A DNA stretch of 64,000 nt. Origin: Macrostomum hystrix. Lineage: Eukaryota; Animalia; Platyhelminthes. Made by a program: the position numbers and the translations under genes. Of this stretch, positions 34,666 to 45,631 are shown one piece after another. Each line of letters begins with the position of its first letter. Positions within the stretch are counted from its first letter, which is position 1. Where the stretch lies: NCBI GenBank assembly GCA_950097015.1, contig CATNEN010000025.1, positions 372,001-436,000 on the forward strand, written 5' to 3'. The notes under the pieces were generated by a model that saw only the letters and a list, made by a program, of their open reading frames with translations, was not told the origin of the DNA and did no database searches.

Positions 34666-36327
34666 TATTTGACTTAATTGCCCATGACTTGACTTGCTCC
34701 TTGCTCTTTAGGCTCTGAAATATTAAAAAATGTGGTAAAATAATTTAAAGTGGGAAACTTATACTATTCTAGATAATAGGGCCTATAGCAATACAAAGTA
34801 GGCTTATGTAGTTATGCTGCAATGCTACTGTCAATGCATATTATTAGCTTTATTTAGAAAGTTAATTTAATAATTTAAACTTTACTATTATAACTATATA
34901 ATTTAAATAGGTAGAAATATATTTTTCTTGCAAATTTCGTTTTTCAATAGCTTTTATGCTTGAGCAAAATATTTTAATGAAGCACATAGCAGACAACACA
35001 TACGGTCCTATAATGTATGGTAAATTTCCATCCATTGTAGACCTACTTAAATCTTAAGCACCTTTAGATATAGCTATTTGAAGTTATGAATTTGATAGGA
35101 AACTTTTCAAACAAAATGGTTACTATATGGTTATCTGTGCACCTCAAAGATAGGTCTCTAATGCTTTCATATATGCTTTAGTGCTTATGCATTACAAAAA
35201 AGGTTAGTTTAGTGAGCTGCTCATCTTTGTCTATGCCTGCATAGTCAGCTGCAGAGTTTACAACAGGATGTCCTATATAGCTATAGCTGCTCTGGGCAGT
35301 AGGCTTTGGCCCAGATCAAATGCCTAGCTAGCCAATAGGATCAACAGGATAGAGGCCATATCATGTGTACTCACTGTGGGTGCCAAATGTGACACGAACC
35401 AGAGCCGCATACAACAAGTCAATATGTTTTGCAAAGTGCCCCAGACAGTGTCCAGGTCTCAAAATCATATTACAAGGCATTCTCACCAACTGCTTGGCAC
35501 TGTCCAACAGGGCCTCAAGGAGCAGTATCACTGAAACAGATCAAATGTTGGCCCAGGCCTTGCTGCGCTATCTTGCCAGATTGTTGCTCATGTCCAGCAC
35601 CAGCCCCAAGGTAGACAAATGGATGCCACTTTGGGAGCATCATCCCAGGGCCATTGCTGTCTCGGAGTCAAATCTTGGAAGGTAGATCATGTGGCACCAT
35701 CAGAACCTGTCTTTTTGTCCTGCCGCTGCCACAGTCAGGCCATCCAGCAGGTGTTGGATGCCTTTGGCCATCATTGGAAAATTTTATAGTATGAACTTTA
35801 AACAGAAAAATCAAAGAAAGAAAAATACATAAAAAAATATAAATGTAGAACTATTTTTATATGCTTTTTGTGTGAGCTGATTGTTCAATTAGCTTAAATC
35901 TCATAGCATTACACTTTCCATCATTTTTCCAGTGATCATGACTGGTTGCATGCAGAGTAGTCGCAGTGGTAGCCACTGTTTGCCGGCATTTTATTCTGCC
36001 TTACTTGGCTTTGCCAGCCAGTTCAACTGGCCCCCCTGGACTGATTTGTAGCACAGTTGAATCGCTTCAGCCTGTCCAGCATCAACTGAAGCATTTTATT
36101 AATTTGCTTTTGCTAAAGAACAAGGCAAACAAGTTAAACAAGCGTGCCCTTTGTTCAATCAGCTAGCCTGATTATCTGCAAACTGATTGTTGCCTAGTGC
36201 TATTCTGTTTGGTTCCTGCTTATCAACTAGTTTCACTGGGCTCAAAAGACAGGAATATCTTTTCTGATTTTGCCGGCATTTAGAGCTTGGCCATTATTAA
36301 CCACAAAAGTTTTTCTTATAATAAGGA

Positions 36328-37729
36328 ATGCCTGGCAAACGCGGCAAAGTTCGATGTCTAGCTGGTAAACATTTTGCATCCTGTTTTCTATTAGTCTTCG
36401 TATTCAGTCCTTCAGATGGAATTGCTAAAATCCTTGATGTGTCATTGCTACAATCCTTCAGATGTCATCGCTACCATCCTCCGGTTGTCGTTGTCACAAT
36501 CCTTTAAGTATCATTTCTATAATATCTCAGATGTACTTGTCCGAGTCCTTCTGATGTCATTTTTCAATATGCCTCAATCCTTCATTGTTTTTCTTATAAT
36601 CTGCCTTAGAATGCTCTCATTCACTGCCTCTCCAGACGTCACCATCAAGCAGTTCGCCGACGCTGACGAGCCGGTCGCCCGGCCGGCCAAGCGGGTGTCC
36701 GATCGTCGCTCCGTGCTCTGCCTGCTGGCGGCTGAGTCCAACGCCGCCGCTGCCCCCGGCGCTGATGCTGAAGATGCCTTGACCGAGGAAGATGACAACA
36801 ATGAGACAGACGACACCGGCGAAACTGCGACGGACACAAACAGCAAGCGGGCGAATGTCAGGGCTGGCAAGAAACGTCGGCAAGCTGTCGCAGTTAGTAG
36901 CACATCGATTACCTACCCCGCACTGATCTGGCAACTCCTCGGCGACTACATTCACCCGGAGTCCGTTGGCGCATTTGCCGCCGTATGTCGCGACGCTCGT
37001 CGGGCCACCCAGCAGCACGCATTCTGGCGCCGGCTCTACCTGCGCTGGGCATGGACTCCGGCTGCCGAGGCCGACGCTTCGGCGCCGCACGAGCTCCGCC
37101 TGCCGGCTATTCTGGCCTGCCAGCGGGGTGTCCGGCCGCGCGTCATACGCGCCCTGCATCGCTGGCACTTTGTCGATAGCGGCGGAGTCGACCGGAAATC
37201 GCCGCCAACCGGGCTGCGCTTTCTTCGCTTCGCCGTGCAGGCCGACGCCCGACGCCTGCTGATCTTGTTCCAGCGCGGTCCGCCGCCACCGCCACCGAGG
37301 CCGCCGCCGGACAGCTGGGAGGCTGAAGCGGAGGCTGACGCAGCGGCTTTCGGCATATTCGAGGATCGGCAGCGCTGCCCCACTGAGGGCCAGTGGCTGC
37401 TAGTGGCCGACTTGGACACCTGCGGCCTTTCACCGTCCTGCCTGGAGGACCTGCTGACGCTCGACAGTCGGTGCGTGATGACAGGATTAAGGTGTCTGAC
37501 CGCTTTTGGAAGCGGCGGTTGCTGCAAGCTGACGGCCTCCGGTTCGGCGCGGTGGTGCGAACTGCTGGCACGACTGCCCACTGGCGATTGCCGTGCGATC
37601 TCCTTCGCCTGCTCCTCTGCGCCCCGCCTCCTGCCCTGGTGGCGGCCCGGCTTCCTGCCAGCCCTGCGATCTTCTGGCGACAGCGGCGGTTGCAGCGATG
37701 TCGTCACTGAACTGCGTGGCGAATGGTGA
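36328..37729 (+). CDS. TMEM183A: TMEM183-like protein (F-box-like motif), 376 aa; exons 36328..36364 and 36636..37729
   Basis: MPGKRGK...DVTIKQFADAD, YPALIWQLLGDYIHPESV...FWRRLY and VRPRVIRALH match TMEM183 (YPMDIWLLLASYIRPEDI...FWTRLY). Phase-1 GT-AG intron. Confidence 0.88.
36405..36570. repeat. Eroded 23-bp tandem array (ATCCTTCAGATGTCATCGCTACC-like), TMEM183 intron
   Basis: About 7 highly diverged units at constant period. Confidence 0.6.
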
Positions 37730-37787
37730 CGCTGAGCCGCAAGAGGGATTGCTGAGACGCTGTTTTATTTTTTCTGATCTTTTATAG

Positions 37788-38097
37788 AACCACCACCTGT
37801 TCCGTCTGTTTAAACTACCACCTGCTCCTTCAGTTTAAACTACCACCTGCTCCTTCTGTTTAAACTACCACCTGCTCCTTCAGTTTAAACTACCACCTGC
37901 TCCTTCAGTTTAAACTACCACCTGCTCCTTCAGTTTAAACTACCACCTGCTCCTTCAGTTTAAACTACCACCTGCTCCTTCTGTTTAAACTACCCCCTGG
38001 TCCTTCAGTTTAAACTACCACCTGCTCCTTCAGTTTAAACTACCCCATGGTCCTTCAGTTTGAACTACCTTTAAACTCCTTCAGGTCCTTCAGTTTA
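37788..38097. repeat. 25-bp minisatellite (TTTAAACTACCACCTGCTCCTTCAG), 3' of TMEM183
   Basis: About 12 units. Confidence 0.93.
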
Positions 38098-38704
38098 ATC
38101 GAACAATTCAGTCCCATCACTTTCTCAACCGTTATTCTTCGAAATATATCGCTATCGACAAGATTGAGCAGTTAATGCTATGTAAATTGTTGTTTGGCGT
38201 GGCATGTGGCAAAAAATCTTTCGTTGGTTTGTCACAAACGTCGTAGATGAAAAAACTAATTTATTGTGATCTACTATTTAGTGCTTATGTCAGATTAATA
38301 TTACGAGTTTTATGGCTCGCATACTGTGGCTAACAATTATATGACTACTTTCTGTCTTCTTTTCAATGCCAAACTTTCACTGCTCTGGAGAGACTAAACT
38401 GCATATTCTACGCTCGTAGGCTGCTAAAAGCTAAGTGCATACCGTTCACCGCGTGTTAGTAGAATGCGTTGCTAGTAACATTAAAAAGCCTATCCATGCG
38501 AAGCGTTCATTGAATGTAGTAACTTTCCAAATATTATTCAACGTCTGAGTGTGGCTGATAAAATATAATAGAATGTACGACACGATTCCCCCCTGGTTGC
38601 TAGCCTATTGTCTCGTGCCGCTAATTTAGAATCCTCTGTGCTCCGCTTTTTTAGTTTGTTTGTTTCCTCACCCCTGGATCATTGTCCCACCTGTGGTCCT
38701 TCTG

Positions 38705-39050
38705 AGCATCAATGATTATTTCTTCGTCGTCCTTCACAGCGTCGATCATTATCTCTTGGTATTTCAGAGCGTCGATCATTATCTCTTGGTATTTCAGAGC
38801 GTCGATCATTATCTCTTGGTATTTCAGAGCGTCGATCATTATCTCTTGGTATTTCAGAGCGTCGATCATTATCTCTTCGTTTTTCAGAGCGTCGATCATT
38901 ATCTCTTCGTATTTCAGAGCGTCGATCATTATCTCTTCGTATTTCAGAGCGTCGATCATTATCTCTTCGTTTTTCAGAGCGTCGATCATTATCTCTTCGT
39001 ATTTCAGAGCGTCGGTTATCATCTCTTCGTTATCCTTCAAAGCGATGGTC
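38705..39050. repeat. 30-bp minisatellite (AGAGCGTCGATCATTATCTCTTGGTATTTC)
   Basis: About 11 units, just upstream of the acceptor at 39137. Confidence 0.93.
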
Positions 39051-39137
39051 ATTGTCCACCAGAGCGTCGGGAATTCCCCTACGTTATCCCTACTTTTGAT
39101 CCTTAAGATGGTCAAGCATTTTGCCACGCATTTTCAG

Positions 39138-40708
39138 CCACTGCAGCGGTGCAAGTCGCCTTCCAAGCGACGCCCGCCTCCGCCAGCGTGCCTGTCCTGT
39201 GAGCAGCTGCTCAGAGCGGCAGATCACATGCTGCTCACTGGTCGCCTACCTGTCAATCAGTTATCGGGTCGACAACCCCCGGCCCGAGTGTTGGAATGCC
39301 ACGGCTTCCTGCGATGGGCAGTTCAGGTTGCCTATTCCAGTGCCAGTTCAAACTCTGCTAACTTACTGTCGAATCTGCTGCCTACCCCTTTGATTTTTGA
39401 TCTGCTTGCAGCCGGCTGCGATCCGACGGCTCCGGTGACGCGGACTCCGCTGCCGCCTCCGCAGACGGTGCCCTCAGAGGAGTCGGACAGGAGCGCCCTG
39501 ACCGCGGCGGCCGCCCTGGGCCTGCGGACTGTGGCCGAGTGCCTTATCGCAGCTGCCCGGCTGCCTCGCCTAGAAGCCACGTTTCGCGTGCGCCAACGCG
39601 CCGTGCCAGAGGAGGAAGGCGGCAGTCTGGTTTACCAGTCGGAGCCAACCACTTTGCCAGCCTACTTTCTATTGATGCTGCATCGACGGCAGCTAAATTG
39701 GCCAGATTGTCTCGCGCTGTTGGACTGCCTTGCTGGCAAGTGCGTATCTGGAAATCTTATTGTAGCTTTGTTGTTGGATCCTCAGATTGGGTTCCCCTTA
39801 TCAGATCCTCAGATTGGGTTCCCCTTATCAGATCCTCAGATTGGGTTCCCCTTATCAGATCCTCAGATTGGGTTCCCCTTATCAGATCCTCAGATTGGGT
39901 TCCCCTTATCAGATCCTCAGATTGGGTTCCCCTTATCAGATCCTCAGATTGGGTTCCCCTTATCAGATCCTCAGATTGGGTTCCCCTTATCAGATCCTCA
40001 GATTGGGTTCCCCTTATCAGATCCTCAGATTGGGTTCCCCTTATCAGATCCTCAGATTGGGTTCCCCTTATCAGATCCTCAGATTGGGTTCCCCTTATCA
40101 GATCCTCAGATTGGGTTCCCCTTATCAGATCCTCAGATTGGGTTCCCCTTATCAGATCCTCAGATTGGGTTCCCCTTATCAGATCCTCAGATTGGTTCCC
40201 CAACCCCAGTTTAGGGGATCATGAGTTTAGGCACTTCTAACGCCATCTATTGGTCAGGGGCTATCGTTTCCATGGCAACCGCCTGCCTGATCTGGGTCCG
40301 CTGCGCTGCCTTCACCGTCTGCATTCTGCTCGGCTTGACGACTCGCGCCCCAACTTTTCCGAGAGTCGCATCGGCCTAGTGCGTCGCCTGCTAGCCTGGT
40401 TGCTAAGCAACGGTTGGGACTGCCAAGCAGGCCTTACAGCTGGCGGTTTGCAGGACTGCCAGCTCAGCCGCGAGCTGCGCCGCCTGCACGCCGCCCTGTC
40501 TGCAGCGGGAGTTCCTCCGAATAGCTGCGACACCTGCCGATGTCAAGGGGCCAAGCTGGCCGACTTGTGCTGCGCCATCGTTCGACGCAGCCTGCTAAAT
40601 GCCTTGGAATGCAGTCCTACTGGCCTCTACTCCGCTCTTGTACATAGCTTGCCGCTGCCTGCCTGTCTGCAGCAACGGTACGGTCGCGTTTTTTTCAATT
40701 ATTGTTAA
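39138..40708 (+). CDS. Divergent ankyrin-like repeat and SOCS-box protein (ASB-like); exons 39138..39739 and 40258..40708; 5' exon not identified
   Basis: Ankyrin-like segments (LLAAGCDP, SALTAAAALGLRTVAECLI, LLSNGWD) and C-terminal SOCS box LADLCCAIVRRSL...LVHSLPLPACLQQ. Phase-2 intron GTGCGT..GGTCAG. Confidence 0.72.
39776..40197. repeat. 27-bp near-perfect minisatellite (GATCCTCAGATTGGGTTCCCCTTATCA), SOCS-box gene intron
   Basis: About 15.5 units. Confidence 0.97.
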
Positions 40709-40721
40709 GAAAGCTGCCTGT

Positions 40722-41003
40722 AGCCCATTGGTTAAAGCCCATTGGTTAAAGCCCATTGGTTAAAGTCCAGTGGTTAAAGCCCATTGGTTAAAGCCCATTG
40801 GTTAAAGCCCATTGGTTAAAGCCCAGTGGTTAGAGCCCATTGGTTAAAGCCCAGTGGTTAAAGCCCAGTGGTTAGAGCCCATTGGTTAAAGCCCAGTGGT
40901 TAAAGCCCAGTGGTTAAAGCCCAGTGGTTAAAGCTCATTGGTTAAAGCCCATTGGTTAAAGCCCAGTGGTTAAAGCCCATTGGTTAAAGCCCAGTGGTTA
41001 AAG
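40722..41003. repeat. 14-bp minisatellite (GCCCATTGGTTAAA / GCCCAGTGGTTAAA), 3' of the SOCS-box gene
   Basis: About 20 units. Confidence 0.93.
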
Positions 41004-41009
41004 CTCCTG

Positions 41010-41140
41010 AATTCTTATCGAGATATTGGAAGTTGTTTCATCGGATAGAGCGGAATATTTTAGCCCGTGTTCTTGAGTTTCATGGCGATTGGTTGAATAT
41101 TTTTGGAGATACAGAAAAAAGAGAAATGTTGGTCTTTGAA
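41010..41140 (-). mobile_element. Dispersed MITE-like repeat, copy 2
   Basis: Reverse complement CATTTCTCTTTTTTCTGTATCTCCAAAAATATTCAACCAATCGCCATGAAA...AACACGGGCTAAAA matches 8480..8580. Confidence 0.55.
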
Positions 41141-41667
41141 TAGCCCCGATAGTCTTTCTACTGTTACCGTCTCCTGTGCCCACTTTCGAATCCTTTTAGA
41201 TGCCTCGATGGCGGATGTCCGAAACCAAATGAGGATAGCTGACGGCGGAAGGAGTTTTTGAAGCAGTTTTTGAATTCGAATTGATTTTTTGATTTGCGAA
41301 AAGTGCCTTCTGTGTCCGAGAGAATTACTCGCAAAATGAATCAATGATATATTTACTGGCACATTTTATGCCAGTAGACCTATTCTGTCCATTCCGCTGA
41401 CTTATTAGCATACTCATACTGGTGTGTACATCTGCTCTGAATTTATCTTTACGTCCGGCAGTGTACACTCTCACTGTGCGTTAATAGTTGGCCCTCCCTA
41501 GGTCGTAAGAATCTTTGTCACTCAGCCCCCTCTTGTCCATATTTCATTATTGTAAGCATAATAATCCTTATTAAATATAAAGCATTAATGAAGCATTTAT
41601 TTACAGCTCTAGTTTTTACTCTCTCTCTTAATGTCTTATTTGCTTTTATATATAATTGGCCTAGGTT

Positions 41668-41977
41668 GTAGCTTAGTGTTTAAGCCGTTCGACTCACGAC
41701 TTGGTCGGGGGTTCGATTCCCGACTCCACTGGAACTGTTTTGTCCTTTAGCAAGTCACTCAACTCTGCATCGCTTCAGTTCACCCAGCTGTAAAATTGGT
41801 ACCAGCATTAGCTGGGGTAATTGAAGGTGGGGTGTGGCGTCCCCCCAGTCCATGGACTGAACAGCTGTACGCAGCCTTCAGATGCGCCGCGCAATAGCTG
41901 CGGCTGTGCTGTCGGCTGCACATCTGGCCCAATTGGCTCAGGTGTAATCAATTATTATTATTACTATTATTATTAAT
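41668..41977 (+). mobile_element. SINE family A, full-length copy with (ATT)n tail
   Basis: Same A/B boxes and body (CTTCAGTTCACCCAGCTGT...CCCCAGTCCATGGACTGAACAGCTGT) as 11273..11510. Confidence 0.8.
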
Positions 41978-42198
41978 GTTATAACTTGTCAAGAATAGAT
42001 TCTCTAAAGCCTCTTTAACTAGCCCTTAGATACTTGTTAGCGCACTTCAGCAATGTCAAAAACTGTTGAGCCATTCGTTATTCGGGACACAGCCCCGAAC
42101 TTAATTTCACAGCTTCTGCTACCACAGTCTGAGTCTTAGCTTCAGTCTGCATGGAAGCGGGACTGGTTGCATACTCTTGCTAAAAAACTGCCTGCAAA

Positions 42199-43523
42199 AT
42201 GGACTCAAACGTCAGCGAAGATGACTTTGTGTTTGTCAATCGAGAATCGCCCGACAGCAGTTGGACGTAAGTTCAGATTTGCAACTAATATGTGCTTGCT
42301 AACTAACTTGAAATTAAAGCAACTCAGAGATCTGAATTCTCTGCGCCTCAACAGTGCGTCTCAGTCTCCTGGAACCGTTGACGAAAATGAGCTTGACTCG
42401 ATGGACGATCATCAGATGCGGTGAGATAAACGCTTCACTTCCCCTGAATTTCGCATCCCCAATCAAAGGATTTCGCATCTCAAGGCCTAAAAAAACTGCG
42501 ATTCCTTCCCAGATTTCTCTATTCTTAAAAGTAATGAGATCACGCTATTTTTCCCCAGGGTAAAGACCACGGCCCACAGCGTATGTCACATACCCCAATG
42601 CCCACGATAGCTCACAAACCGAATGATCGATTGTCTTGAAGGTGCACTACACTGATAAACATTTTCCAGCAATCTTTTAAGATTCCCGCTTTTAATTAAT
42701 TTTCTGCATTTACGCTCATTTCAGCCCATCAGAACATGGAACAATTTGCATTAAACCCCGTGAGCAGTCAGTAATAGTGAGCTATCCAGTATAGGATATT
42801 GCTGAACTGATTGGTGGGGAAGGCCCGGCGCCGGTGGGGAAGGCCCGGCGCCGGTGGGGAAGACGTGTCGAACAAGGCATCTGACGTCCCATGCATGGCT
42901 CGAAACTTGGACTTGCAGTGGCCCCACATGCCCTCAACACTGTTCGTATCTCTGGGTTGTTGGGATCACGGAAGTGCAGTGAATGATTCACTGTCACGTG
43001 ATTGGCGCCGGGCCTTCCCACCAATAAGTTCGGCAATATATAGATCGAGATATAGTTCGAGATATTCAGCGATTGTTGTCGAAAAACCTGGTGACAAGGA
43101 CAGCTAGCATTGCTCTGTGTAAAACTCTTTGTCCAATCCGGCAATTTCAATCGAATTTCAGCATTGTCAAATTAGAATCGCTGGTGCTGCAACTTCAAAG
43201 CCAGCTGGCCCTGAAAGAAAACGAGTTGCAAGAGGAACGCAACAATTTTCTGTGAGTCTCTCGGAACAATGATCAGGCAATCGGTAACAATTCAGTTTCT
43301 AAGCAGAGTAGTCAGTTGGTTATCTAATTTTCATTGCCCTCACAGAGTGCTGAGCGATTGCAGCCAAGTCGAGTTGGACCGATTAAAGAATCGCATGGCG
43401 CTAGTCGAATCAGACAATCAACGATTGCAGCAGGAGGTGCAGGAGCTGATGACAGAGTTGGATAATAAAAATCGTGATCTTCGCCAGACACAGCTGCAGC
43501 TAATTTATCGGAGCCTCAATTGA
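42199..43523 (+). CDS. Small coiled-coil protein with N-terminal acidic LIR/FIR-like motif, 133 aa; exons 42199..42266, 42355..42420, 43162..43251, 43346..43523
   Basis: Four exons joined by three phase-2 introns with strong donors (GTAAGT, GTGAGA, GTGAGT); total 402 nt. Protein MDSNVSEDDFVFVNRE... followed by a heptad-rich helix. Confidence 0.8.
42796..43039 (-). mobile_element. Miniature element: about 40-bp terminal inverted repeats around a Merlin/ISXO2 (IS1595-like) transposase fragment, in intron 2 of the LIR-like gene
   Basis: ATATTGCTGAACTGATTGGTGGGGAAGGCCCGGCGCC versus its reverse complement at 43005..43039; interior (minus strand, one frameshift) HVTVNHSLHFRDP.../NSVEGMWGHCKSKFRAMHGTSDALFDT. 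No clean TSD seen. Confidence 0.72.
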
Positions 43524-45631
43524 CCTAATTGTGCATTGTCGTTGATAACTGAAACGCTCAAGTCAACGTGTTAAAAATAAATTGTTGAGTGATGCCTGCG
43601 TGTACAGAAATAGCTTATTTTGCTCTATTTTACGGTCGCTAATGAAAATGCATACAGGAAGCGGCATTCTATAATGCGTTGCGGCAAGGCCTATTCGGTT
43701 TTTATCACGAGAGTAATCTTCCATTACTTAAAAGCTAGTTAGCACATATCATAGACGCGCTATTAATACTACTTGTAATAGAAAATTGCATTGTGGCTTG
43801 TAAAGAAAACGCGGCTGTCCATATCGCACTTGTTGTCGTTTTCACATCCCTTAAAAGTTGAGTGATTTTTTGTACGCATTTTCATAATTTCATAATGCAC
43901 CAGTTGAATTAAAGCGCTCTTCGTAGTTTTTCTAGTTCACCATTTTGTAAAATATCCACTGAATTTTTTTACCACATCTGCAGGTCAATACATTGCAGCT
44001 CAGTATTTTGTGTTTCTTGTTACATCTGGCTGGGCGCCTAGTTATTGATTCGGCTGCAAAATACTCGTAGATTTTACAAGTAAAATTTTATCTACCGAAG
44101 CTCTTCCCCTCACACTGATTCTCTATTAGAGGTCGGATTAAGCATTCTTAGGCTTTGTAGGAGCTAAAAGTCGTCCTTGTATGCATGTCGTATTGTAGTT
44201 GTGCATTGAGCATGAAAATTTGTCTAGAGATTGTAGAAATTATTTTAATTTAATTTGAATTCATTTTGATTTAAAAACAATTACAAGCACTTGCTTTGAT
44301 AGTTTTTTGCTGAGAGCTTGAGGAACTAACATTTTTTACGAAATTGACCAGAGTTTAACTGTGACTCTATCTTCGAACTTCATTTTTTTACTGGAGAAAT
44401 TATCCTGAAATTTTAAATCGTCCAAGTAGCTTATCGAAAGAGATGCTGGGTAAAGTTTCAATTTACAAGTAAATAATTGATTCATGGAAATAACAGTTGG
44501 TAGTAAACCTTTGTAGGAGACATGTTCTACCTAACTACTACATTCACTAGGTACATCGTCCTTATTTCGGGGTACTTCAAGACCAATTGTGCTTCTCAAA
44601 TCAGCCATAGTAGAAACGGCTGTATTAAAAAACCAACCAACCTTTCTGTGAAAATGAAATCAGTAAGACAGCAAAATTTGGCATTAGTTGCCCAGACGGA
44701 CAACTAATTCGAGGTCTAACCGAACTCAACATTGCTTGCTTAACAACTACTGCATGTCATACAGAAATTTACAAGTTTACAGTAGAAAGACTACACAATT
44801 TCCCGCCCCCCTGCGGGAGGGACTTGTCTGATAGGATTGAGCGGAGAATTTGAGCCCATGTTTTGTATTTTCATGGTGATTGATTAACAATTTTAGGTGA
44901 TGCAGAAAAAAGGAAAAATGTGGCTGTTTTAAATACCCGGTGTATACAGTGTATTTAAAAATTTAAAAAGTATACAGAAAAATTGTGTTTCCAAGCTTAA
45001 GCCTCGGTAACCTTTGCCGTTGCTCCGAATTGAGCCTTTAAAAACGACCGAACGCCAGACAGACAGAAAGAGACGGCAGGTGGAGGAGAGCGGCTTTCTT
45101 CCGTTGCCATGCGCGGCGGCGTCAGGCCTTTGAATACAGAAGGATAGAGGGGAGAAAGAGAGCTGCTCTGAGTGAAATAGAAAGGATTCCATACGCCCAG
45201 GTGCGCAAGATTATGCACAATGGAACGTCTTTTCTTGGCTTTTCCTTTCAGCAGTTTAGGGTGAGACTGAGAGGTTGAAAGCAGAGAATTTCGTCGCCCG
45301 CAGCTCATCACGCATATTGCTCTATGGAGAACTTGAGCACTCTGGGGGAGAGATGAGAATCGTATTCAGCCCCGGCCATCTCGCTATTTTTTCTCACTAA
45401 TATTTCTCAGCCCATCCCGCCGTTAGGGCACTATGTGCAGAATCTGATTGTATCACACGCACACCGAAGCCTGCCCTAGAGATAGACCGTTTGTTACACT
45501 GCGGGTGGGCGGGCTGTAACCGCTAGAGCTATAAGCGGTCACAACAAGCACCCATTGTATACAATTCGCTCCTGCTCTTTTTATCCCTCGGGACCGCGTT
45601 GTCGGCCATACAGTCTGAGTACTAAAGGCGA

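Noticed and set aside
35365-35760. Possible degenerate LINE (RTE-like) 3' fragment
   Set aside because: Only a vague resemblance (MLAQALLRYLAR); no diagnostic RT or endonuclease motif, so it cannot be supported without a search.
36405-36423. 18-nt exact match AGTCCTTCAGATGGAATT shared with ~49390
   Set aside because: Similarity does not extend on either side; compatible with chance in 64 kb.
36416-36635. N-terminal 73 aa of the 437-aa ORF as part of TMEM183
   Set aside because: Intronic eroded repeat; the upstream exon MPGKRGK fits the family N-terminus and the intron phase.
38651-40240. ORFs DALKYEEIMI (minus), the 500-aa composite, and IRSSDWVPL-type repeats
   Set aside because: Array-derived; only 39138..39739 has non-repetitive coding character.
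44997-45311. 104-aa minus-strand ORF or possible ncRNA upstream of the LC8-motif gene
   Set aside because: No recognisable protein motif, splice structure, or snoRNA/RNase P/U-RNA boxes.
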